Assembly: GCA_965215005.1 (NCBI GenBank)
Contig: CBDCCZ010000054.1
Coordinates: forward strand, 64,001 to 128,000
Direction: 5' to 3'
From: Kofleriaceae bacterium
Lineage (GTDB): Bacteria; Myxococcota_A; Polyangia; Haliangiales; Haliangiaceae
DNA: 64,000 nucleotides
Below are positions 50,426-59,881 of the stretch, piece after piece. The notes under the pieces were generated by a model. It did no database searches. It saw nothing but the letters and a program-made list of their open reading frames with translations, and was not told where the DNA came from. The translations under genes and the position numbers were made by a program. The stretch's first letter is position 1. Each line of letters starts with the position of its first letter.

Positions 50426-51526
50426 TTATTGCTCTGCTGGGCACGTAGCCAAGGGCTGAGAATCTGGCTTCGCTGGTTTGGCCTGGTAGGAGTACGATAC
50501 GCTGCGTTCATTGCCGGCGAGTGGACGCGTGAGCACCACCACCGAGCAGCCGCCGGGGGGAACGGTCAGGGTTTTGGAGCCTATCAGCTTGGCCGAGGCT
50601 ATCGGCTTCACGACGGGAAGCGCCCGACCGTCTAACATCGCCTGTGCGACCTGCGTAGCGTCCTCTTCGCAGACCACCTGCAGCTGGATGCCGCCGCTGG
50701 TTTTCATATTAGCGACGACCTCGAGCGGTTGCTTGCGATCGTGCGGTCCGCTCAGCAACACGCCATCGCGGTGCAGCGTTGCTTCTACTGCCGGGCCCTC
50801 GCTTGGCTTGCCGACCATCTCGCCAGCAGGCGGATGCCCAAACCCGGTGGCGAGCTCGCCGGTGCAAAGGTCGAGCGTCACCGCGTAACCCTTCGCGAAC
50901 CGCTTCTCGAACTTCTCGCGTCCTTCGCTCTCGAGTTTTTGGTCCGCTTTCTCGTCGGGCGAGGTCGCGAACAGCGATGCCGCACCAGCGACCACCGTTG
51001 CCCATAGACCCTCCTTATCCACGGCCACGTCACCGATGGATTGAAACGAGACCTCGGGCGCTCCCTCGGGAGTGAACCACAGCGTCGCGATATGGGAATC
51101 GGGCGCATACGCGATGTCCATGGTGCCGCGGACTGTCACAGTGACTGCGAAGCGGCCGTATTGTGAGACCTCGAAATCAGCGCCGACCTTCTCCGGGGAG
51201 CGTTGCAGCCATCGCCAGCCTTTCCCAGAGAGCTGAAGGGTCATGTCCTTGCCGTCTTGCGTCGCGGTGCAGCCATCGAGCCATAACGTTCCCGTGGTCC
51301 CGGCCTCAGGGCCTCCCGAGAGGCCCCGGAAGGTCCCCTGCGCGCGCTCGCACGCCTTGAGCGCGGCGATCTCAGCGAGCATCACCCGCAGGTTGTCGGC
51401 CTCGGCGGCGGTGCGCTGCGGAGGAGGCGGAGGCTGGGGCGGGGCCGGCTGCTGGGACTGGCTCGAGCCACCGCAGCTGATGCATAAGGCGGCGAAGGAG
51501 CATAAGGTGCGTCGCGTGATAGCCAT
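50426..51526 (-). CDS. Hypothetical lipoprotein
   Basis: Signal ending in ISC-GG, Pro-rich spacer, globular domain with several Cys. Confidence 0.7.
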   Translation of the reverse strand: MAITRRTLCSFAALCISCGGSSQSQQPAPPQPPPPPQRTAAEADNLRVMLAEIAALKACERAQGTFRGLSGGPEAGTTGTLWLDGCTATQDGKDMTLQLSGKGWRWLQRSPEKVGADFEVSQYGRFAVTVTVRGTMDIAYAPDSHIATLWFTPEGAPEVSFQSIGDVAVDKEGLWATVVAGAASLFATSPDEKADQKLESEGREKFEKRFAKGYAVTLDLCTGELATGFGHPPAGEMVGKPSEGPAVEATLHRDGVLLSGPHDRKQPLEVVANMKTSGGIQLQVVCEEDATQVAQAMLDGRALPVVKPIASAKLIGSKTLTVPPGGCSVVVLTRPLAGNERSVSYSYQAKPAKPDSQPLATCPAEQ

Positions 51527-51580
51527 GGGGCGCGGACAGGCAAGACTGGTGCCGCGATGGGCGCTCGCCACGGCGAGAAC

Positions 51581-51934
51581 CTAGCGCCACGCGGGCGGCA
51601 GCAGCGCCGCGATTCCCCGCGTCTCGGCGATGAAGTAGACGACGTAGAGCGAGCCGTAGGCGAGGATGTAAAAGATGCCAACACCGGCAGCGCCACCGCC
51701 GCGTCGGGTGCTCCGGCGAAGCCGTGCGAGGAGACGGCCGAGCCACGGTGCAAGCTTGGTAGCCGCCAATGCGAAGCCCACCCCGTAAAGGAACAGCATG
51801 AGCGCGGTGCGGAGATACGGGTTTGGTAGCCGCTGCCGAGCTTCATACGCGATGAGCTCTTCGACGATTACCACCGTCAACAGCACCAAGGGCAGAAGGA
51901 GCGCGGAGCGGCGGCCGAGCCGGAGCGAGTTCAT
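51581..51934 (-). CDS. Small membrane protein (about 3 TM)
   Basis: 117 aa with hydrophobic segments; follows the 51967 ORF on the same strand. Confidence 0.65.
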   Translation of the reverse strand: MNSLRLGRRSALLLPLVLLTVVIVEELIAYEARQRLPNPYLRTALMLFLYGVGFALAATKLAPWLGRLLARLRRSTRRGGGAAGVGIFYILAYGSLYVVYFIAETRGIAALLPPAWR

Positions 51935-51966
51935 GCGCCGGTGGTAGCAGAAAGAACAGCGGCGTA

Positions 51967-52365
51967 TCAGTTGAGAGCGCGAGCTGCAGGCACAGAAGAA
52001 CGATTCCCGAGGACGCCGCCGATGACAGCGCCGAGGAACAAGCCGACGTCGGCAAGCAAGATCAGAATTCCCACGGCGAAACCGGCTACGATGCCCAAGA
52101 GCGGCAGGTCGAGGGCAATGAGTAGCAGCCAGAGTCCGGCAGCCACGATGATCGCCGGTAAGATGGCGGCGATCAAAGCGCTGCGCACCGAACCGACCTT
52201 GTAACCGCCAACCGCGCCTGCGATGAGTCCGTTGATGGCAGGAAGCCAGAATAAGAGAAGGCTGATCACCACCATCCAGATCGCGCCAACAATCACGGAC
52301 GATGATCCATTGCCGCGCTGAACGGTGTGACTTGACCGTTGCTCGAGCTCGCTACGATGCGTCAT
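51967..52365 (-). CDS. Small Gly-rich membrane protein
   Basis: LLLFWLPAINGLIAGAVGG and glycine-zipper-like TMs. Confidence 0.7.
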   Translation of the reverse strand: MTHRSELEQRSSHTVQRGNGSSSVIVGAIWMVVISLLLFWLPAINGLIAGAVGGYKVGSVRSALIAAILPAIIVAAGLWLLLIALDLPLLGIVAGFAVGILILLADVGLFLGAVIGGVLGNRSSVPAARALN

Positions 52366-52377
52366 AGCGCAGTCCGC

Positions 52378-52393
52378 TGCAGCACCTATGCCA
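52378..52393 (-). promoter_or_regulatory. Possible sigma54 promoter
   Basis: TGGCATA-GGTG-CTGCA; predicted +1 within a few nt of ATG 52365. Confidence 0.5.
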
Positions 52394-52513
52394 CGAGTGG
52401 CGTGCGGGTGAGGTGCTCAACACAGCAGAAACGCTGCCGCTGCCGACCTTCCTAGTAGAGGTCGTGAGCGTCGCGCGGTATGCGCTGGTGCGCGAAAACG
52501 GAGTTACGCCGCG

Positions 52514-52741
52514 TTACGCCGCGCGTGGCAACGTTGCTGGCGACCAGCAATCGGCTCGGCGTAGCCAATCCTCCAGCTCCTGGTGGCTGGCTCGCCGCGC
52601 CACCAACTCATCGAGCTCGGTTAGCACGGTGCGCAGCCAGGCGCGTTCAGCGCGGGCGCGGGGTCGGCTGTTGCCGCTCAGCTCAGCAAGGCGAGCGCTC
52701 AAGCTTACGGCGGTGTATTCGAGTCGCTTGGGAAGAGTCAT
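52514..52741 (-). CDS. Possible small helical hypothetical protein
   Basis: MTLPKRLEY... amphipathic ORF in an otherwise empty gap; no recognised motif. Confidence 0.35.
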   Translation of the reverse strand: MTLPKRLEYTAVSLSARLAELSGNSRPRARAERAWLRTVLTELDELVARRASHQELEDWLRRADCWSPATLPRAA

Positions 52742-52939
52742 CTCCGGACATGGAAACTGCACGCATCATACCCAAGTCGCGAGCGCGTGTAGTAGCCACG
52801 AACCAAGCGTCTATGATTGCGCAGTTGTAAAGATCTTCAATGCTTGCAAGTAGTGGCCGCATGGTTGGCAACGGGAGAATGCCAATGCAGCTGCGTACAA
52901 GATGTGGCAGGTCGCGTCGCCAGTCTCGCGGGTGAGGTG

Positions 52940-55801
52940 TCATTGCTCCTCATCGCTGGGCGCGCCTTTGATCACCAATCTGTCGGGATTATCGAAGCAG
53001 TACCGCTCGTTTACGTGCACGAGCACCTCGCTTAGCCCCTCACGACGCAAGGTGCTAATGGCGTTTTGCACCCGGTGCAGCGCCGACTGCCGGTGGATGC
53101 GCTCGCCGGGCCACCCGGCGGCGAATAGCTCGTCGACGCTGGCGCCTTCGGCCGAACCTCGCTGATACGCGGCGACGAGCCCGCATAGGACCCCGCACAG
53201 GGTCCGGCGACGGTGCAGCTCGACCAGCCGCCCGCCACTGCGAAACCAGCGTCCGTCGGCTGCGACTTCAATGGTGGCCTGGCCGGTGAGGTGGTCACGG
53301 CGGGTCGCGACCAGCTGTGCGGCTCGTTGCGCGGCCCGAGCCAAGGTCGAAGGTGGCAGCTCGGCGTCCCATTGCCGGTCTTCGAGGGCTGCTGCAATCA
53401 CGGCGATGCAGGAGGGGAGCGCCAGATCAGGGGACGTCGTCGCCACCTCGCGCGCTTGCATGAGTGTGGAGAGGGCGGCGCGGTGGTCGCGATGAACGAG
53501 TGCCGCCGCAAGAAACGTTCGCGCTACGGCTAACTGTCGCGCATCACGAACCCGACCACAGAGCTGTTCTGCGCGGCGCAAGCCGTCGATGGCGCTCTCT
53601 AGGTCGCCATCGAGCAGTGCCGCCACCCCAAATGAGAGTTGCGCCAAGCCTTTGCTGCGCAGGTTCTGAATGCCAGCGCTCACCTCGATCGCACGCAGAG
53701 CCCGGCGTCGAGCGAGCTCGAGCTCGCCGCGATCGATGGCGACCCACGCCAGGCTCACCAGCGGGTACGGCTCGAACTCGCGGATCTCGATCTGCTCGTT
53801 GATTCGCAGCGCCGACTCGAGCAGCGCTTCGGCCTCGTCATGGTTGCCGCGGTCGAGCTCGAGCTCGCCGCGATTGAGTGACACGATGGCCTCGGTGCGC
53901 GGATCCGCCTCGCGACGCAGTAGCTGCAACGCCCGGCGAAAATCGGCGTCTGCGAGGGTCAGCTCACCGAGTTCGTGCTCGGCCAGTGCGATGTTGCCGA
54001 GCACGCGGCCAACGTTCCAATCATCATCGAGCGTGTCGAAAACCACCATCGCGTGGCGCCAGACCTCGAGCGCCTCGGCAAGGCGGCCTTGGCGATAGAT
54101 CAGGTTGGCGCGATCGTTGAGGACGCCAGCTTCGCCAAAGCGATCGCCGATTTGCCGGTACAAGTCGATCGATTGCAGCAGGCATGCGTCGGCTTCGAGC
54201 TCGCCACGCTCGCCGTGCACCCATCCCAGCGTCATCAGGATATCGGCACGAGTCGCAGTTCCTTCGCGCCCGTCAGCCAGCGCCAGCGCGCGGCGAAGGT
54301 ACTGCTCGGTCGCGTCGACGTCGCCGCGGTTCGAGGCGATGCGGCCTCGCGCGCACAGCAGCTGAGCACGCAGCAGCGGCGGAGCCTCGGCGGGTAATCC
54401 TGCGAGCGCATCGTCGAGTAGTTGGGTATGCCAGCTGGTCGCGCTGGTACGGGCAAGGAGCGGATCGAGAACGATGACGGCGCGGGCGGCGCAGAGGGGC
54501 AGGTGAGGCCGACGCGTGATTGCCAACAGGTTGGCGCGCTCGAGCACCAACGCGCTCAGGTCGACGGAGCGGCGTGAGATGGTGTTTTCCAGCAATCCGA
54601 GGAAGTAATTGGCGTGGCGGGCTGCCACCACTGCCAGCTCGTGCTCGTCGATCCGAGCGCCCGCGTAGTCGCGCACGACGTGGTAGAGATCGAAGCGCAG
54701 CTGCACGACCCCGGGGGGATGGAAGGCGCGGAGAAGCGAGCGACCGCGAAGTCGTTCAATCACCTCGACGACCGCGGCCTCGCCCAGCTCGAGCACTGCC
54801 TCGGCCGCAGCGAGCGTGAAGCCGCCGCGAAACACGGCGCATTGCCGCAGCGCGTTTTGCTCGACCTCATCGAGGAGCTGCCACGACCACGTCAGCGCAG
54901 CCGAGAGACTGGCGTGTCGCGGTGAGCCATCGCGCACCTTGCGTTGCAGTTGCGTGCTCGAGCCGAGCCGAACGAGCACCTCGCGAGGAGTCATCACCGA
55001 GGCCCGGGCCGCGGCGAGCTCAATGGCCAGCGGGATTCCATCGAGACGCTGGACTAGCTCGCGCACGTGCTCACGCTCGCCGGCGATGAGCTCACGCGGC
55101 GCACCGGCGGTGATCGCGCGTTCTTCGAACAGCGCCATCGCGTCCTCTTCGGGCAGCGGCGCAACCTCGATCGCATGCTCGCGGGCGAGACCCAGACGCT
55201 GCTGCGAAGTGACGAGAAAGCGCGACTCGACCGCACGGTCGAGCCAAGCGCCTACGGTCTCGACGGCCAGATGCGTGAGCTGCTCGAAGTTATCGAGAAC
55301 GACGAGTCGCGGATCGCCAGCGGCCAACGCCGCGGTTACCGCATCCCGCCGGGGGCGACCTCTTGGATCGACTCCCAAGGCCGCCGCGAGGATGGTGGCG
55401 ACTTCATCGACGGCCGACGCCTCGGCGAGCTCGCACAGCACCGCGTCGTCGACACGAGTTTCGATGTAGGTGGTTGCTAAGCGCGTCTTGCCGATTCCAG
55501 GAGGCCCCCAGAGCGTGACGAGGCGCGCACCAGCGGCAAACGCCTCGTCGATGCGGTCAAGCAGGCCGCTGCGGCCGATGCACCCGCTCACTTGAGGACT
55601 CGCCGAGGTGGCGAAGTCCTCCCGTTGTACGCCGCCGCCCAGCAGCCGCAAGACGTCCTGGCGGTCGTATAGGCGGTAGTTGTTGACCGGGTGACGGCGC
55701 GCGCGAAGCTTGCCGCTGGCATCCCAGCGACGGAGGGTGCGGACGCTGACGCCGAGCAGCTTGGCGGCTTCGTGGACGGTGAGTGAGCCTTCGGACTCCA
55801 T
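52940..55801 (-). CDS. STAND-type ATPase regulator: MerR/excisionase HTH, NB-ARC-like ATPase, TPRs, C-terminal winged HTH
   Basis: EAAKLLGVSVRTLRRWD...YRLY; GPPGIGKTRLA, LDNFE, LDGIPLAIELAA; AGWPGE..NAISTLRR. Confidence 0.85.
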   Translation of the reverse strand: MESEGSLTVHEAAKLLGVSVRTLRRWDASGKLRARRHPVNNYRLYDRQDVLRLLGGGVQREDFATSASPQVSGCIGRSGLLDRIDEAFAAGARLVTLWGPPGIGKTRLATTYIETRVDDAVLCELAEASAVDEVATILAAALGVDPRGRPRRDAVTAALAAGDPRLVVLDNFEQLTHLAVETVGAWLDRAVESRFLVTSQQRLGLAREHAIEVAPLPEEDAMALFEERAITAGAPRELIAGEREHVRELVQRLDGIPLAIELAAARASVMTPREVLVRLGSSTQLQRKVRDGSPRHASLSAALTWSWQLLDEVEQNALRQCAVFRGGFTLAAAEAVLELGEAAVVEVIERLRGRSLLRAFHPPGVVQLRFDLYHVVRDYAGARIDEHELAVVAARHANYFLGLLENTISRRSVDLSALVLERANLLAITRRPHLPLCAARAVIVLDPLLARTSATSWHTQLLDDALAGLPAEAPPLLRAQLLCARGRIASNRGDVDATEQYLRRALALADGREGTATRADILMTLGWVHGERGELEADACLLQSIDLYRQIGDRFGEAGVLNDRANLIYRQGRLAEALEVWRHAMVVFDTLDDDWNVGRVLGNIALAEHELGELTLADADFRRALQLLRREADPRTEAIVSLNRGELELDRGNHDEAEALLESALRINEQIEIREFEPYPLVSLAWVAIDRGELELARRRALRAIEVSAGIQNLRSKGLAQLSFGVAALLDGDLESAIDGLRRAEQLCGRVRDARQLAVARTFLAAALVHRDHRAALSTLMQAREVATTSPDLALPSCIAVIAAALEDRQWDAELPPSTLARAAQRAAQLVATRRDHLTGQATIEVAADGRWFRSGGRLVELHRRRTLCGVLCGLVAAYQRGSAEGASVDELFAAGWPGERIHRQSALHRVQNAISTLRREGLSEVLVHVNERYCFDNPDRLVIKGAPSDEEQ

Positions 55802-56266
55802 TCGACAGCTCGTGGGAGGGTCCCATCGTAGCAGCGAACGGCTGGGGGTCACCGGCTCAAGTTCAGTGGTTTCGGGATGTTGAGGCTAGTACAGATCGGG
55901 GAATTGCGCGGTCATAGCAGGCACTCCTTGTGTGACTGGCAGAATTGCCTCCCAGTCCTCACACGCGCCTCCAATTCCCCTCAAAGTCGTAAAGCTCGTA
56001 CTTTCATGCAGTTATGGGCGGCTTAAGTCGGCGGACGATCGCCGTGTCCAAGGTTGTCCGTACCGGCCAGCGAGCTATGGACCCGGCCGCCCCCGCTAGG
56101 TCTTGCCGCTTCACGGCTGTCTTTTCCGGCCTGAGGAGCTTCAAATGACCGCTTGGTTTGATGATTCTGTATTCTAGATTGCAGGTTTGGCGTTGGTGTG
56201 AGGGTGTCGAGAAGACGGCGACCGAAGTTGCTTGCGCCCGCACTCGCGGCGCCATAGAAGGCGCAC

Positions 56267-56890
56267 ATGAAGCTTTCTCTCTTTTTCTCAACCGTAATGG
56301 CTTTCGCAATTGCTGGCGCTGCTGTTCCGGCACACGCTACCGTGGACGCACTGATTGACTATACGGTGGCTTATCAGCACACGCAGACCGACGACGTCTG
56401 CCTGGCCACACACCGCACCCTTGCCTCGCTCGGCGTCCCGGCCGCGGCTCAGGCCGAAGCATCCTTGGCGCCAGCGTTGGTGTATCGCAGCGGCGACGTG
56501 CCGGCTCAGGTCAATATCAACCTGTTGGCAACGCAGCCGGCCATGGTGGCCGGTTATGTCTTCGATTCGATCACTGACAGCGGCGTCTGGGAGTACTCGA
56601 TGACCTTGGACGTGCGGGCGCTGGCCGCAGCGAACGGCTCCACGGTCGCTGGTCGCAAGGCGACGGTGGACGCCGCAAAGCTGCTGGTCGTGGTGATGAC
56701 GGAGAACATGCAGCTGTTCGCGCCGGGCTCGTGGCGCTTGTCGGTCCAGATTCTCGGCCTGCCGAGCCAGTCGGGACTCAGCGGCACGTACCTCTATCCC
56801 ACGACGCGTTGGCCATACACTGCTTCGAGCAGCTTGGTCGCGAGCTATCGCAGCGAGCTCATCAACGTCGAGGGCACCTGCCCGATGTAA
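56267..56890 (+). CDS. Secreted hypothetical protein
   Basis: Signal peptide ending in PAHA; GAAGG SD; downstream GC hairpin. Confidence 0.75.
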   Translation: MKLSLFFSTVMAFAIAGAAVPAHATVDALIDYTVAYQHTQTDDVCLATHRTLASLGVPAAAQAEASLAPALVYRSGDVPAQVNINLLATQPAMVAGYVFDSITDSGVWEYSMTLDVRALAAANGSTVAGRKATVDAAKLLVVVMTENMQLFAPGSWRLSVQILGLPSQSGLSGTYLYPTTRWPYTASSSLVASYRSELINVEGTCPM

Positions 56891-57071
56891 TCGCAGTGTC
56901 ACCGCCCCCCGGTTACGTGAACGGGGGGCACGGCTCGTGCCTTCGGCCGCTGAGCTTGCACATCGAAGTTTGGGGAGGACGTGGAAGCCTTGTGTAACGA
57001 TGGCCGTCCTTCAGGGGGATAGCGAAGACGCGCGAGCAGCGATCGCAGGCGCTGTGATACGTAGAGAACCG

Positions 57072-57848
57072 ATGGTGGGGAACGCAGTTCGCGGCGGCCG
57101 AGACGTGCTCCGAGGGGCGAAGTTTCTCGTCGCACGTCCGCGTCTTTGGCCGCTGATCGCGGCGCCAGCGGGGCTCTCGCTGGTGTTATTGATCGCGGTG
57201 GGCGTGCTGGGATTCTGGTTGCTCGATCCCGCTATCGACACTCTCGTCGAGTGGTTACCTGCGGCTTTGGAGCGCTGGGCCGGAGGAGCATTGCGAATTC
57301 TCGCGACGGTAGCCTTCCTGCTGAGCGGCTTCGTCGTGTTCTTGTCGCTGGCTGTGCTGGTCGCGGCGCCGTTCAACGAGATGTTATCTGCAGCAGTGGA
57401 GCGGGAGCTCACCGGCACCGAGGACCCTCCCTTTCGTCTGCTCGACTTCATCCGAGACGCGCTGCAGGGGCTGGGACATGGGGTGCGACGAGTGAGCGCC
57501 TACGTTCCACTCGCCGCTGGTTTGCTCATCGTTGCCGTGGCAGTCCCTGTCGTCGGCACCGTCATCTCAATGATCGGCGGCGCAATCGTCTCGTCGAGAT
57601 TCGCAGCCTATGATGCTTACGACGCCGTCTTCGCCCGAAAATCGTGGACGTACCGTCAAAAGACTGGCTTCTTATCCCGCCATCGCGTCCGCAGCTATGC
57701 GCTCGGTGCGCTCACCGCCGCGCTGATGATGCTTCCGGTGCTGAATCTGCTCGCGCTCTCAGTGGCGGCGACGGCGGCGACGCTAGCGTTTCTCGAGCTT
57801 GGCTCGGCCTCGACCTTGAGGACGACGGTTAGCGACGAAGCGCGCTGA
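57072..57848 (+). CDS. EI24/CysZ family membrane protein
   Basis: G..FL...P.LW....P, AAPFNEMLS.AVE, PVVG, PVLNL. Confidence 0.8.
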   Translation: MVGNAVRGGRDVLRGAKFLVARPRLWPLIAAPAGLSLVLLIAVGVLGFWLLDPAIDTLVEWLPAALERWAGGALRILATVAFLLSGFVVFLSLAVLVAAPFNEMLSAAVERELTGTEDPPFRLLDFIRDALQGLGHGVRRVSAYVPLAAGLLIVAVAVPVVGTVISMIGGAIVSSRFAAYDAYDAVFARKSWTYRQKTGFLSRHRVRSYALGALTAALMMLPVLNLLALSVAATAATLAFLELGSASTLRTTVSDEAR

Positions 57849-58401
57849 TGAGCTGGTCTTTGTTCATGTTGGAGCGACCAGAGATATCCAGCTGTTGCGC
57901 GGCGTCATAAAGCTCTTCCACCGTCATATCGTCATAGTCGTCCCCGAGAAGCGCGTTGAGCTGCTCGGCTTTGGCCTCCAGATATTCCGTACGAATCTGC
58001 TGCGCCTCTTCGTCCGCCAGGTGCTGTTTAGCCTCCGGGAAGAGCTCGTTCTCTTCGTCGCTCACGTGGTGCTCGATGCACTCCTCGAGCTCGGAAAGTA
58101 CGCTGAGCCAATCTTTGGAGTCCTCCTCCATCTCCGTGAGTTGCTCGAGATAATCCTCGATCTCGCGGTGCTCGCGCAGATCGTCTTTGACCTCGTCGCG
58201 AGCGTCTTTGCTGAGCTCGCGAAAGCGGGTGTAAACCACCGCTTGCTCGGCTTCGGAGTGAGCCGTGAGCATGACTTTCAGCTTCTGGAAGAGTTCTGCT
58301 CGACCCGGAGAGCTGTCGGCTTTTGCCTTTTTAGTCTGCGCGAGGAGGTCTGAGACCTGTCGATGTTCTTCGGTGAGCTGTTCGTAGATTGTCTTGGCCA
58401 T
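57829..58401 (-). CDS. Hemerythrin domain protein with C-terminal Rho-N-like module
   Basis: EEH, H..AEQ, EH, HHV.DEE.ELFP; tail MTVEELYDAAQQLDISGRSNMNKDQLI. Confidence 0.85.
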   Translation of the reverse strand: MAKTIYEQLTEEHRQVSDLLAQTKKAKADSSPGRAELFQKLKVMLTAHSEAEQAVVYTRFRELSKDARDEVKDDLREHREIEDYLEQLTEMEEDSKDWLSVLSELEECIEHHVSDEENELFPEAKQHLADEEAQQIRTEYLEAKAEQLNALLGDDYDDMTVEELYDAAQQLDISGRSNMNKDQLISALRR

Positions 58402-59006
58402 GTCCCTCGCGGATTGCAAAGCTCGTTCCCTCTGTAGGCAGCGCAATGCAGCGCGAGACCGCGTCTGTAGTGGCAATCGGCTGCGGTGTGCCGAGCTGCT
58501 ACGCCATTGGGCCTGGCGATAGTTTTGCGGAGCTTGAGCCGCAGGCATTGAGGGCTGCGGCTCGAGCCTCGACTGAGGGCTGCTCGTCGAGCCGCGGGCA
58601 CTAAGGGCTCGTCCGAGCCTCGGCGGAGGGCCTCAGGCTCGACAGATCGACGGATGAATGAATCTCGATGCCATTCAACCCTCAAGGTTGTCGAGCGAGA
58701 GCTGAGGCCTGAGCTCGTCCGGCTGAGCCAGGACAGAGGTCGGCGCTTGAATCGGTGCGTGTGGGTTTTGCCTCTGTTCGTGGGTTGTGGACCGGGTTTG
58801 ACGGGAGGATGCCGATGTTCGGGATGTCTACGGCCCGGACCGAAGGGGAAGACGTTCGGGGGCGGCTCGAGCGTCCACGGTTGAATGATGAGCCAACGGC
58901 GATGTCGTTCAATCCTAGTGCTAGGAGGCAGCGTGGAGCTTGCAACGGGTTGACTGGTGAATGAATCCATATATTGTTCAGCGCTCACGACCGTCTGGAG
59001 CGGGTG

Positions 59007-59597
59007 ATGTCTTCCACTGCTGAACAGCGCCGCGAGCAGATTCTCAGCGCCGCCGAGCGCCTTTTCCGCCACTATGGATTCGCTAAGACGACCGTGGCAG
59101 ACATTGCTCGTCGGGCGGGCATCGGGGTCGGCACCGTTTACCTCGACTTCTCCTCCAAGGAAGGCATTGCCGCGGCACTGTCGGTGCGAAGTCATCGGCA
59201 GGTTCTTCTCGCGATGAGTCAAGCTTCATCCGCCGACGCCAGCTGGGCTAGTCGCCTCCAGGAGGTGTTCGCGGCTCGAACGCTCGGCCTGCGGCAATTC
59301 GCCGAGGCGGGAGCGCACGGCTATGATCTAGTCCACTGTGGCTGCGCAGCGGCCGAAGAGGCGTACCGCGACTATCGCACCGCGGAAGAAGCATTCCTCA
59401 CTGATTTCCTGGCGTCCGCAATCGCCGCGAAAGCCTTCCGCGACGACGATCCCGCGCGCCTCGCGCGCCTGTTGCTCCGCATCCATGATTGTTTCTCGCC
59501 TGAGCTAAACGATGGCCCAACTGCAGAGCTGGAGCGAGATCTCGACCAGCTCCATTCGCTGCTCATGCACGGCCTCGAGCCCCGCCGAGGCGGGTAA
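59007..59597 (+). CDS. TetR family transcriptional regulator
   Basis: ILSAAERLF..YGFAKTTVADIARRAGIGVGTVYLDFSSKE. Confidence 0.9.
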   Translation: MSSTAEQRREQILSAAERLFRHYGFAKTTVADIARRAGIGVGTVYLDFSSKEGIAAALSVRSHRQVLLAMSQASSADASWASRLQEVFAARTLGLRQFAEAGAHGYDLVHCGCAAAEEAYRDYRTAEEAFLTDFLASAIAAKAFRDDDPARLARLLLRIHDCFSPELNDGPTAELERDLDQLHSLLMHGLEPRRGG

Positions 59598-59881
59598 CAC
59601 CGCGCATCAGTCGGCACGTCGGAGCGTCGGCGTCGCGTGTGCTCAATGCAATGCTCGCGGCGCGGTAATGGCGGGCGCCACGTCTTGAGCTGTGGTGAGT
59701 ATGCCGGAGTCGTGAGGTGTTCGCGGCGCGCAAAGGTGAGCGCCTCGAAGACGAGCAGCCGGGAGTCCCCGCCCGTGCTTGTCCCGGCTGCTGTTAGACC
59801 TTCGCGAAGGGGCACCGGGATGCTCGGCAGCTGGTAATACGGATGGGTTGACTGAGCGATGAACGAATTTAGATTTTGTTC

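Noticed and set aside
58415..58430. GGGAACG-AGCT-TTGCA as a sigma54 promoter for the hemerythrin gene
   Set aside because: Weaker match, and the predicted +1 would fall inside the SD sequence; unresolved.
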